Part shown: in pieces, positions 17,250 to 27,875 of the stretch
How the letters are laid out: every line of letters starts with the position of its first letter
How positions within the stretch are numbered: the stretch's first letter is position 1
Assembly: GCA_964016885.1 (NCBI GenBank)
Contig: OZ024740.1
Location: 102,982,001 to 103,046,000, forward strand
Direction of reading: 5' to 3'
Source of the DNA: Eledone cirrhosa
Taxonomy: Eukaryota
Length of the DNA: 64,000 nucleotides
Notes under the pieces: generated by a model
Seen by the model: only the letters and a program-made list of their open reading frames with translations
Databases searched by the model: none
Told to the model about the DNA's origin: nothing
Translations under genes and position numbers: made by a program

Positions 17250-17875
17250 AACTGAGACATTGATCCTCTCAAGGAAGCCTATGCAGTGCACTCTACATGT
17301 GAATGGAGTTCCACTGAAGCAGGTAGAGAAGTTCAAGTATCTCGGGGCTATGTTCATGAGTGAAGGAAGGCAGGAGGCTGAATTAAGGGCAAAAATTGCA
17401 AAAGCTGGTGGAGTAATGCGCCTGCTTCAGCATTGAGTTTTCGTGCCAACCCTTACCTATCATCATGAATCTTGGGTAATGACTGAAATAATACAATCGT
17501 GAATACAAGCAGATGAAATGGGATTCCTCTGAAGAGTTTTTGGAGTAATGTTACTTGATAAAGTGTGTAGCTCGGAGATGAGAGTCACTCCAGGAAGAGC
17601 TGCTATTTCTCTGTATTGAGAGATCACAGCTCCAATACTATGGACATGTGGTTAGAATGTCTCAGGAAAGAATCACTGGACAGATATTATGGACCCAGGA
17701 GTAGACCCCGAACAAGATGGCTGGATAACACCCATGAACTTGGCTGGTCTCGCTTGGGATCTAGCTGGATCAATTGGAGATGATTGCTGCTGACAAGACC
17801 CACTGGAAACAAGTGTTTGAGGACCCTGCCTCCCCACCCCTCTCATGAATAAATAGGTAAAGAAAAAGAAGAGTT
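17250..17875 (+). mobile_element. 5'-truncated, decayed RTE-clade LINE (Rex3/Expander-like) RT C-terminal region
   Basis: Hand translation: LHVNGVPLKQVEKFKYLGAMFMSEGR...VFVPTLTYHHESWVMTE...IERSQLQYYGHVVRM...RPRTRW...WSRLG with stops and frameshifts. Confidence 0.9.
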
Positions 17876-18159
17876 TAATTTAAGTAGGAACCCTTTAAAA
17901 TGGGTGGTTTTCTTTCATAGAACCAAAGCGTGTTTTGACCAGCTTGGTACAAAAAGGGTTAATTTAAGTGATGTTAACTTTTGTTACTTTATTAACATTG
18001 TCAATAATTACATTATACTAATTAAAATTTTCATCATTAAGCTTATATCATTTAAAAAAGTAATCTCTTTCTATTGTTATACAGTTAGAATTGTCAGTGA
18101 TTAAACAAACAGAAATTATTAATATCATATCATCAGCACTCTCTTATTTTTTGTTTTGT

Positions 18160-18850
18160 GGTATTGATGATGATCATGATGGTGAGAATGGTGTTATTGA
18201 TAGTGATGGTGGTGGTGGTGGTGGTGGTAGTAGTGTTGATAATGGTCATGGTGAGAGTGGTGGTGGTGGTAGTAGTGCTGATGATGATGGTGATGGTATT
18301 GATGATGCTGAAAATGATGGTGGTGGTGGTGGTGGTGGTGAGATTGGTGTTATTGATAGTGGTGGTGATGATGGTGATGATGATGGTGGTGGTGGTGGTG
18401 AGAGTGGTGTTATTGATAGTGGTGGTGGTAGTAGTGCTGATGGTGAACATGATGGTGAGAGTCATGTTATTGATAGTGGTGATGGTAGTGTTGATGATGA
18501 TGAGAGTGGTGTTATTAATAGTGGTGGTGGTGGTGGTAGTGTTGATGATGATGGTGATGATGAGAGTGGTGTTATTAATAGTGGTGGTGGTGGTGGTAGT
18601 GTTGATGATGATGGTGATGATGAGAGTGGTGTTATTAATAGTGGTGGTGGTGGTGGTAGTGTTGATGATGATGGTGAGAGTTGTTATTGATAGTGGTAGT
18701 GGTAGTAGTAGTGTTGATGATGATGGTGATGATGATGATGATGATGCAAGTGGTGTTATTGATAGTGGTGGTTGTAGTGGTGATGATGATGGTGATGATG
18801 GTGAAAGTGATGTTATTGATAGTGGTGGTGGTGGTGATGATGGTGGGCGT
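18160..18850. repeat. GGT/GAT compound trinucleotide tract containing a 60-bp unit x3 (~18490-18680)
   Basis: Directly visible; recurrent GAGAGTGGTGTTATTGATAGT motif. Confidence 0.9.
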
Positions 18851-19284
18851 AGGAAGTGGGGTGTGGTAGGATGTTATCAAAAGGTTTAATATACTGATTA
18901 GATAAGTACTTTTGTTTTCCTAAATTATGCTTCATGGGAGAAGGGAAATATTAGGGTCAAGAAATGATGTTAAATGTTACTGGGAAGAGGCAAGATAAAA
19001 ATGAAAGCAATGGTGCTGTCTATCAGATTGAACCAAAGAAACAATGTTTTCATTGGTCTTTCCATTGTTCAAACTTTCTGTTGGTTGCAATCCTGGTAGA
19101 AACAAGAGAGGGTTTGAACTCAGAAAGCACAGGGCCAGATCAGATTCCACAAAGTATCCCATCTAACTTGTTAACAATTCTGCTACCGTACCTACACCAC
19201 CAACACCACCACCACCACCACATGAGTGGCTGGTAAATTTGCATAATGTGCATTAATTGTTGCCATAATTAATTGAATAATAAA

Positions 19285-19496
19285 TATTGGGTCATCTCAT
19301 AAATAATACGTTCTTTTTTTCAACTGCATGCAATAAAAGTTGAAGAGGTGGGGATAAACACCCGCATAAACTTGTTCTAAAAGCAGGTATTACATTTACC
19401 TTGTCCTCATTCTTAATACAAGCTTTTAAAAGTGCAGTTTATCTTAATTTTTAAAAATAAAAGAATAAAAAAAAACAACACATTATTTATGGGATG
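19285..19496. mobile_element. Mariner-like MITE, right TIR truncated
   Basis: TATTGGGTCATCTCATAAATAAT ... ATTATTTATGGGATG inverted ends, TA at left boundary. Confidence 0.6.
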
Positions 19497-20034
19497 TGGT
19501 GGTGGTGGTGGTGGTGATGGTGATGATTTCATTTAACTCTTTTGATATCATATTTCTAAGGCCTATATTGCCTATAATTTTCAAATCATTTTGAAAATAA
19601 TCAAGAATTTGGATGTATTTAGTAAAATAACTAGCTTTCTTCATTATGAAGCTGGTGTTTGGAGCATCACTTAAAAAGAGTCTTACTTAAAATTATGATG
19701 GAAAGATTTTAGATAAACACTATAAAATAAATGGCTTTGTGTCATAGAACCAGGGGCCGTTTCTTGCAGTTTAGTATCTAAAGGGCATTCCTAATTTGTT
19801 TTGATATAAATAGCATTTGACTAAAGCTCTCTTTGTGAACAGACTAAAAAGGGCTCTTGTCTATTGGTGAACAACCAGACAATAACTGTAAAATATGTAT
19901 AGGCAATATATATTTTTCTGCTTACAAAGAGAATAACAAAATATTTTTCACATTTGTTTAAATTTTCACACAAAATTTTTCACAAGGTTTGAAACAACAA
20001 TTCCTTTGTTTTATTTCTTATTATTCCACTGCAG

Positions 20035-20202
20035 TAGGGTTGTGGACTGAAAGTATCGGTAGAGCATCAGACAACATGCTTTGCAGCAGAGAGTTACACC
20101 CCTTTATGTTCCGAGGTTAGCTTTGACTTTCATCCTTACGGGGGCGATAAAATAAAGTACCAGTCACGCACTGGGGTCGATTTAATTGACTTTCCCCTCC
20201 CT
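20035..20202 (+). mobile_element. SINE, second family (core CTTTGCCTTTCATCCTT..GGGGTCGATAAAATAAAGTACCAGT)
   Basis: Core recurs at ~21480-21620(-), 27055-27155(-), 32685-32855(+), 36435-36615(+), 43015-43190(-), 47000-47190(-), 54010-54170(+). Confidence 0.8.
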
Positions 20203-20413
20203 GTATTTAATATTATTTTTTAGCCAACCTAACTTCTATAATAGGAAGTAACCAAATGATAATTATCTTTTAAATACACGAAGAAAAATGAGAAAGTTTA
20301 CATGTTTAGTTATGTTGATTCAAAACTTATTGTACTATGTTGCAACCTTTATGCCAATTAGAACGGACAAATAGACAGACAGAAAAAAACAGAATGGGTA
20401 TCAATATAGTATA

Positions 20414-20637
20414 TATGAGGGTCAACTGAAAAAGTTCATAGGCTGAATAATTCATAGACTGACCAAGATATTCTCATGGAATGACCAAATAAGGTTTATT
20501 TTTCAACATAGTCCCTGGAAAGAAACAATACAGTTATTAATAAGAAGAGTTGAAATTAATGCCTGCAAGATTTCACATCTTTAGCGCCACTCCTCTCCTT
20601 CATAGTTAGCCTATGAACTTTTCAGTCGACCTCTGTA
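20414..20637 (-). mobile_element. Mariner-derived MITE with ~30-bp TIRs and TA flanks
   Basis: TATGAGGGTCAACTGAAAAAGTTCATAGGCTGA ... TTAGCCTATGAACTTTTCAGTCGACCTCTGTA; minus strand keeps GGGACTATGTTGAAAAATAA (transposase C-terminus DYVEK*). Confidence 0.88.
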
Positions 20638-20644
20638 CACCAAA

Positions 20645-20895
20645 CAAGTGAGAAATTTGAAGATACTACACATAGAGTATAACTTTAAATTTATACCTGT
20701 GATTATTTGACGAGTGGTTATGTAACTAACTGCCGCAGTACCAATCTCCAAAAGGTGAGCTTCACAAAACTAGAAATGATACAGCTAATTAAGAATGTAC
20801 AATTACAAGTCAGTCGTTAATGGAGCTGTGAAAATATGTAAAACATTCCAGCATTTTATGCTGTAGTAGATACATATACACAGATATATACATAA
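20645..20895 (+). mobile_element. R4/Dong-clade LINE 3' fragment (end of RLE domain)
   Basis: VRNLKILHIEYNFKFIPVII...GYVTNC...SVNGAVKICKTF, homologous to 50700-50930(-). Confidence 0.75.
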
Positions 20896-21479
20896 ATGTA
20901 TATATCAATCAATCAACTCCACGCAACTGTTACAGACAATCATTGGGTATCATTCTTGATGTTTGACTGTGTATCCATCATGGCATTTCAGTGGATGTTA
21001 GTAATGCTTGGTGGTGTCTATCTCCTCTCCAAATGTCCAGTCCCACACTAGATTTAGCCTACCAGGTTGTAGCTAAAATATGTCTTGAAACCAAAAGTGA
21101 GAATTAGGTGAGAACTGGTGTATCTGTTTGTCTCTAAAGATGCTGCTGCCAGATATCAAGCTATTCTCTCTATCCTAACACTCTGGAATTGAAATAATGT
21201 TTCTTCGAATCACTTTCTCTCTACTTTCAAAAGAACATTAGTTAATGCTATGTCCAGTATTGAAGTAACATTTCTTCAAATTACTTCACTCTACTTTCAA
21301 AAGAACATTACATAATAACTAGTATGGAAGTAATAGTTCTTTAAATCCTAGCATTTCTAGGGCATATTTTTTTTTATTTGGAAGAGCCCATCTCCATGTC
21401 TGAATGCAGCAGATTTCTTTCAAAGAAGGATTGAGAGTGAAAGAATGGAAGTGAAAAAGATATATAGAGGAAGAATCGA

Positions 21480-21620
21480 CTGGTACTTTTTTTATCGACC
21501 TTAAATGGATGAAAGGCAAAGTTGACCTCGGTGGGTTTTGAACTCAGAGTAGAGAGCCGAAACAAATATCACAAAGCATTTTATCTGACGTTCTAACAAT
21601 TCTGCCCATTCACCACTTAC
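21480..21620 (-). mobile_element. SINE (second family)
   Basis: CTGGTACTTTTTTTATCGACC...GGATGAAAGGCAAAGTTGACCTCGG...GAACTCAGA. Confidence 0.8.
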
Positions 21621-21666
21621 CCACATACAAACAACATATTCCTAATTAGCATCTCACCTATATTGG

Positions 21667-21727
21667 CACCTTTGATGAGTTGTAGTGCACCTGAGCACTG
21701 TACACAATAATTTTCATTATCATTATA
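21667..21727 (+). mobile_element. Extreme 3' tail of CR1-type LINE
   Basis: CACCTTTGATGAGTTGTAGTGCACCTGAGCACTGTACACAATAATTTTCATTAT matches 55450-55510. Confidence 0.8.
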
Positions 21728-23109
21728 TACAGCCAACCTTTCATTTGGAGGGGAAAACCTTTTGTTGTCAACAAAGGTTGTAGTTCCCTAAACTTCTTCC
21801 ATCCTATTTTTAAACTAGCTACTATGCTCTCAGACAACTCTCTTCCACTGCTAATTAAATCATTGTTTATTTACTAGAGAGGCATGAAAAGAATTGAATT
21901 CTTTCTATGGACAATATTTCCATAAGATCTTAAATATCTTATTCTAAGATCAAAATGTTGCAGCTGATACAACTGCCAAGTTCAAAGTGTTGCAGATGAT
22001 ATAACTGCCAAGCTTGATGTCAATCTTGTGTAAGTAACAATTATTATATTATATTTTTAATGTTTAGTCAATAATAGAAGGTGCGATATGTAATGTAATG
22101 CAGCTTATATAACAGATAGATGATTTGAGTGATTGTTCCATTTTTCTTCTGTCCTAGATTGGAACTCATAAATATCTCATATAAGTTTTATATGTATAAA
22201 TATGTGTGAGTGTGTGTGTATGTGTGCATGTGTATAATTATGGAAAAGAATGTATCAGTATCTATGTGGAGCACACACACATACATGTGCACACATGAAC
22301 ACATACACGCACACACACATATGCATATAGACATACACATATACATATTGTATATATTTATATATATATATAAAATTCTTTGTCTCTCTGTCTGTCTCTT
22401 TTCCTTATGTATTCTCAAACTGCTTGACCAAATCAAATCAAATTTTACAAGGTTTAGACCCCAGAATTAACAACATATAATTTTTATTTTCATTTGGATT
22501 AAAATAATATAACATTTTATCTAAAACTACTATAGTCAACTAGAAGTAAATGGACATTCTAAAACGAACGACAACATTTTGTATATAAGTGTGTATGTGT
22601 CTATGAGTGTGTGTGTGTTTGGACGTTCGTTATGTACGGTAGGCCTTGGTAACTTACATACACACACACATATTCACATAAATATTTAATCAGATACACA
22701 GAGAATTAAACACACACATCTACACATACATATACATATGTGATGACTGACAATTATATATGCGTGTGAGAATATATACATTTCTGTAACGACTGACATA
22801 ATGAAACGCTGGGGGTGAATCTCTCTGTGTGTTTGTATGAATGTATGTCTGTGTGTGTTTTTTATAAGTTTGTGTGAATGTATGTGTGTCTGTTCGTAGG
22901 TGAAACTCTATGTATGTGTTTGTATGAATGCATGTCTATGTGTGTTTCTTTATAAGTGTATGTTTGTCTGTTCATTTATATTTATATTCTCATACTGTTA
23001 AATTAGCAGTTAATACATTTGCTTATATTTGGTTAATTTACACTGGATACAAAAATAGAGATTAATATTTATTTCTTTGGGATGTTGATACTTATTTCTA
23101 TACAATATT

Positions 23110-23464
23110 GAAAAAAAAAAGTCTTTATTCTAAAAATTCCTCTCATACCTACAGCTGTTTCATTTGAATTTAAGAGGCTTCAGTTTCCCTTCAAACTAAG
23201 TTTTGTTATTTCAATTAACAAATCTCGGTCAATCCCAGAAGGTACATGTTTCTACCACGGTCAACTCTATGTTGGTTGCTCACGAGTTGGAAGCAACAAT
23301 TTATTTATTTGGACACCAACAAAATATTACACAATGAAAATTGTTTACCCTGAGGGGCTTCAAGATTGACAGATTTTCATTTTTAAATTCTATTATCATT
23401 ACAATTTTGATATTTTTAAAATAAAAACAGCAGTAACCTGGGCAACGCCGGGTCATTCAGATAG
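23110..23464 (+). mobile_element. Helitron 3' end: Pif1-like helicase C-terminal remnant + terminal hairpin
   Basis: Hand translation IPLIPTAVSFEFKRLQFPFKLSFVISINKS...CFYHGQLYVGCSRVG...KIVYPEGLQ; hairpin ACCTGGGCAACGCCGGGT then degenerate CTAG (ATAG) + T. Confidence 0.88.
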
Positions 23465-23518
23465 TTATATATAACAATATATGAGGTTATAGTGTAATAG
23501 TTCACTATAAATAAATAA

Positions 23519-23580
<62 letters not shown>

Positions 23581-23583
<3 letters not shown>

Positions 23584-24438
23584 ATACTTTGGGAGGGTCA
23601 TGCTGCCAATAAAAACACATGCACCTTTTGGTTTTCACTTCAATTTATTATAAATTTCTGGTTGGTTGGTTGGTTGGTTCAATAACCGGAAGGTTGTTTA
23701 CATATTGTCAAAGCTCTTTCGTCACACATTCTGGGACCTTCTCACTGACTAGGTTTTTATTTTGTGTCTCTCCTTTGTTCTGTCCTACACCATCTTGTTT
23801 TTGTGTGTTGTGTGGGAACACAGAACCGACAACAAGATGGTGTAGGACAGAACAAAGGAGAGACACAAAATAAAAACCTAGTCACTGAGGAGGTCACAGA
23901 ATGTGCAAGAACGTTAGAAAACTACGAGCAGTGCTGTGTTAAAGACATAGGTTACTTATGTACTCCGGATGGTCATAGGCACTTTCATTTTCCCAGATAT
24001 TGATTGTAGGACCCCCGAGGGCAGATAACCTCCTTTAACCGCTTCCTTGGAGTCGACTGAAGCACAGCAGTGCAATGCAACAAAACGTCATAACTTCTGG
24101 AGTTGGCAACCAATTTTCACCAAACTTGACACATGGGCTACGTATGTTCTACCGATAAATTTGGACACGCAGAATTGGCACATATTGAGTAGGGGACCCC
24201 CGGAGGCAGTAACCCATTTTTTGAAAAAGCCAATGATTTTGTAAAAGTATACTTTTCGAAGCAGCAATGAATGCTATACATGACTACTATTTAATACCCG
24301 TTAGTTTATAATAAATTGAATTGAAAACCACAGGTGCATGTGTCTTTATTGGCAACATGACCCTCCCAAAGTATAACAATATCTGTTTCAACACACGTTT
24401 TCAGATAAGAAATCTTGCAAAACAAATTCAAAAACGAA

Positions 24439-24439
<1 letters not shown>
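23581..24439. mobile_element. Fold-back element with ~75-bp terminal inverted repeats, internal palindrome and 3' extension, between (TA)n tracts
   Basis: GTTATACTTTGGGAGGGTCATG... / ...CATGACCCTCCCAAAGTATAAC; inner inverted repeat 23725-23905. Confidence 0.85.
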
Positions 24440-24495
<56 letters not shown>

Positions 24496-24496
24496 T

Positions 24497-25590
24497 AAAT
24501 ATATAGCTTATATGGTTAACAGTTGTAATGAACCGTAAATCATTTATGTATTTGTGTATTTATTCGTTTTATGATTCAAGATGTTTGATTTATACATTTA
24601 TATTTATGTATATATATTTATAGTATATGCGTCGCACACGATCCTAGTCGACAACATTTGTCCACTTAACTTGATGTAAAACTTCAATTATAACTTTACT
24701 AACAATGATTGTATTTATTATTTATTATATGTATATGGATCACTAATATCGTCTTGCGTTCCGAACAGAATACTCTATGTATACTTGGACAAATGTGTAT
24801 ATCTAGTATAATAACATGCTTCTAGCTACATTTATAAGTACTTTAGATACTTAAGGACATTCTAGTGTTATAATTGTTAAATATTTTCTAAATTATATAA
24901 CGATTATTATTTTTTAATTTAATTAAATTCGGATTACCTTCGGGTCAATGAAAATCTTAAGTTTTCTTTTTCTCATGTTTGCAGACACTTTAAATATGAT
25001 ATTTTACTACAATATAGATCCTTAAAAAAATTTTCTTGTATTTTTAAATTATATAGCTTAGATATTTGACACTTTTATGATCGCAAACAATTTACTTTTT
25101 TACTTTGAATCTGGTTCTTATCCTTATTATTCATGAAGTTTGATTTGTATATTTATAGTATATATGTATTACATGATCCTAATATAATAATTGATCTAAA
25201 ACCTTAATTTTTAACAATATTAACAGTAACTTATTTATTGTATTATATTATATTATGTTATGTATAACTGATTAATATCGTCTTGAACTTTAGACATTAT
25301 GCTCTTTGTATATATTTAGACAAATGCATATATCTAATTTAATAATACCCTTTTTTAAGTTTAATTATAAGGCCTTTAGATACTTTAAGGCATTCTAATT
25401 GTTAATTTAAAATTTTTAAAGTTATAACTGTAATTATTTTCTAAATTATATAATGTGAATTATTTCAATATAAAAAATTGTTTTTTTTAACATAATATAA
25501 AATAATATAATTTAATATGGATTACCTTCGTGAGGATGAAAATATTAATGCTTCCTTCTCATGTTTGCAAATACTTTAAATATGATTTTA
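24497..25590. repeat. Diverged ~550-bp tandem duplication
   Basis: Colinear blocks TAATATCGTCTTG, CTTTAGATACTT, GGATTACCTTCG, TTCTCATGTTTGCA..ACTTTAAATATGAT each occur twice. Confidence 0.8.
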
Positions 25591-26315
25591 TAAATTAAAT
25601 ATGATGGTATACTTTAATATTAATATAGATATTTATAAACTTTTATAGCCTGAAATACATTTTGATTAATTCATTATTCTGAACTAACATAAATGATTCG
25701 AAATTTAAAGGTCAGCCGGATACGTTTGGATATATATAGTGTATATAATTAATTGTTAGTATATTTCTAATTAACTAAGGACTCGAAATTAAACCCTCAT
25801 ATAATTACACCCAGATATGTTTAATATTTAGATTGATGGATACTTCTAGATAATTCAATAATTCAAAGATTCGAGTTTACTCTTTCACAAAGCTATGCCT
25901 AAATGTATATTCATGTGTTGGTATAGATATATATAATTTTTGCATTATCTATTCACACCCTATTCATCCACGACAATACAAACCTCCCTCCCTGTGATTT
26001 ATACTATAAAAATTATTACTCTTTGTCTCTCTATCTTTGAACTCTCTTTTGCTTTCTATACTTCTAGTAACTATATTTTCTCCTCATCTATTTCTCTCTG
26101 TCTTTCTTCTTTCTTCAATAATTTAAATTATTTGAATCTCTAACAGTTATGTAAATTGCTATTATGTATTTTAAAGGTTTCTCACACGCACCCTCTGTAT
26201 TATATGTATTATATGTAAATGTTTTCATGTCTCCATCTTAAGGTATATAAATATTGAGTTTTGTCATATCTTATTCACTACCATGACTGAATCTTAACCA
26301 TCTACTATGTCAGGG

Positions 26316-26382
26316 TATTTTATCTGATGAGGACGTACTGTTGAAGTTAGCTCAGTACCTCTGAAATATGTATAATAAAATA
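26316..26382 (+). ncRNA. Type I hammerhead ribozyme motif (Penelope-like element associated)
   Basis: TATTTTAT-CTGATGA-GGACGTACTG/CAGTACCTCT-GAAA-TATGTATA-ATAAAATA: 8-bp stem I, canonical core, paired stem II. Confidence 0.75.
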
Positions 26383-26576
26383 TACTTGATCACACGAATG
26401 TCTATTTTTGTTAATATTTTGAATTAATATTATATATATATATATCTTGACTCTGTTTTCCGTTTATTTTTCACCGAAAGTAGTTTTTGAATGCATCTTC
26501 TCTTTTCATGATATCCGGATTACATTGAGTTCTTCATACGGATTGGACACTACCGTAAACTCTTGGTAGATTTATC

Positions 26577-26640
<64 letters not shown>

Positions 26641-26642
<2 letters not shown>

Positions 26643-26728
26643 AACGAGTAGGACCCCGACGGCTGAGCTCAGTCCAGAATTAGCCGTCGAAACGGCTTGA
26701 GCTCAGCCGTCGGGGCCCTAATCGTTCC
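26641..26728. repeat. GC-rich hairpin (31-bp arms, 2 mismatches) directly after (TA)n
   Basis: GGAACGAGTAGGACCCCGACGGCTGAGCTCA ... TGAGCTCAGCCGTCGGGGCCCTAATCGTTCC. Confidence 0.9.
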
Positions 26729-27219
26729 TATTACCCACTCTACTACCCTAAGTATTGAGTACTTGTGGTGCGTTATGGTCCACCTGGTTCCTTACCACAT
26801 TTCCTTCGTTATATATATATATATATATATAATGTGGCGGACTGGACAGGTCGTCAGCTTGCCTGATGGCCAGAGGGCCCACGACAGTACATTAGAGGCC
26901 AATGTAAAAATGTTGCTTTCAAGGAGAAGTCCTATATAAAGAATAAAAAAAAGAAAAACAAAACAAATACAACAATTAAGCATACTAGGGACGACTTTTA
27001 CATGAGACCGAGTATAATTATATATATATATGTATATAACTCATAATATTATAATTGTTTCTACTTTTGGCACAAGGCCAGCAATTATCCAGTACATTAC
27101 TGGTACTTTATTTTATCGACCCTGTAAGGATGAAAGGCAAAGTTAACTTCGGCATTATAATATAAAATTAAATCCCAAAAATGTTTTAACACTACAAGTG
27201 AATTCATTCTTTTCCTTTT

Positions 27220-27280
<61 letters not shown>

Positions 27281-27326
27281 AACACAATGTACGAAGCCGA
27301 ATTTTCGGCTTTTGAAGCGATGAGAA

Positions 27327-27597
27327 TATATGTAATTATAAAGAAAGGGCTTAAGTGCAGAAATGGTGTAAAGATAGCTTATAAAATAGGGTGGACACCC
27401 TTAAAAGACGGGAAAAGAATTTGTCAACGATCGCTATTAGGAATTGAACCCATTATTTTCTAGATAGCGGCTAGAAGATATCCTGAAGATATGGGGCCGC
27501 TGGCAAATTCTTTTTCCGCCTTTTAAGGGTCTTCACCCTATTAATAAGCTATCTTTATAGTATTTCTGCGCTTGGACACTTCCTTTATACTCATATA
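27327..27597. repeat. Imperfect inverted repeat, ~100-bp arms (fold-back/MITE-like)
   Basis: AAAGATAGCTTATAAAATAGGGTGGACACCCTTAAAAG vs CTTTTAAGGGTCTTCACCCTATTAATAAGCTATCTTT. Confidence 0.85.
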
Positions 27598-27875
27598 ATT
27601 ATATATACTAGCAGAAAAACCACCCTCGGGTGGTTTTCTGCTAGCATGTGTAGTGTGTATATTGATATTATACACAAGTATATATGCATGTAGATATGAT
27701 ACATGTGTAGTGTGTATATTGATATTATACACAAGTATATATGCATGTAGATATGATACATCAAATAAAATCGTAATTGACAATATACACAGAAAACTGC
27801 GTTACACTCTCTTATGTAATCAGTAACGTAATCCATGATACATTAAAAAAAACGACGATATCTATATATCTAAAA

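Noticed and set aside
18091-18889. Gly/Asp-rich or Val/Met-rich ORFs
   Set aside because: Translations of GGT/GAT repeats open in several frames; no splice or domain support
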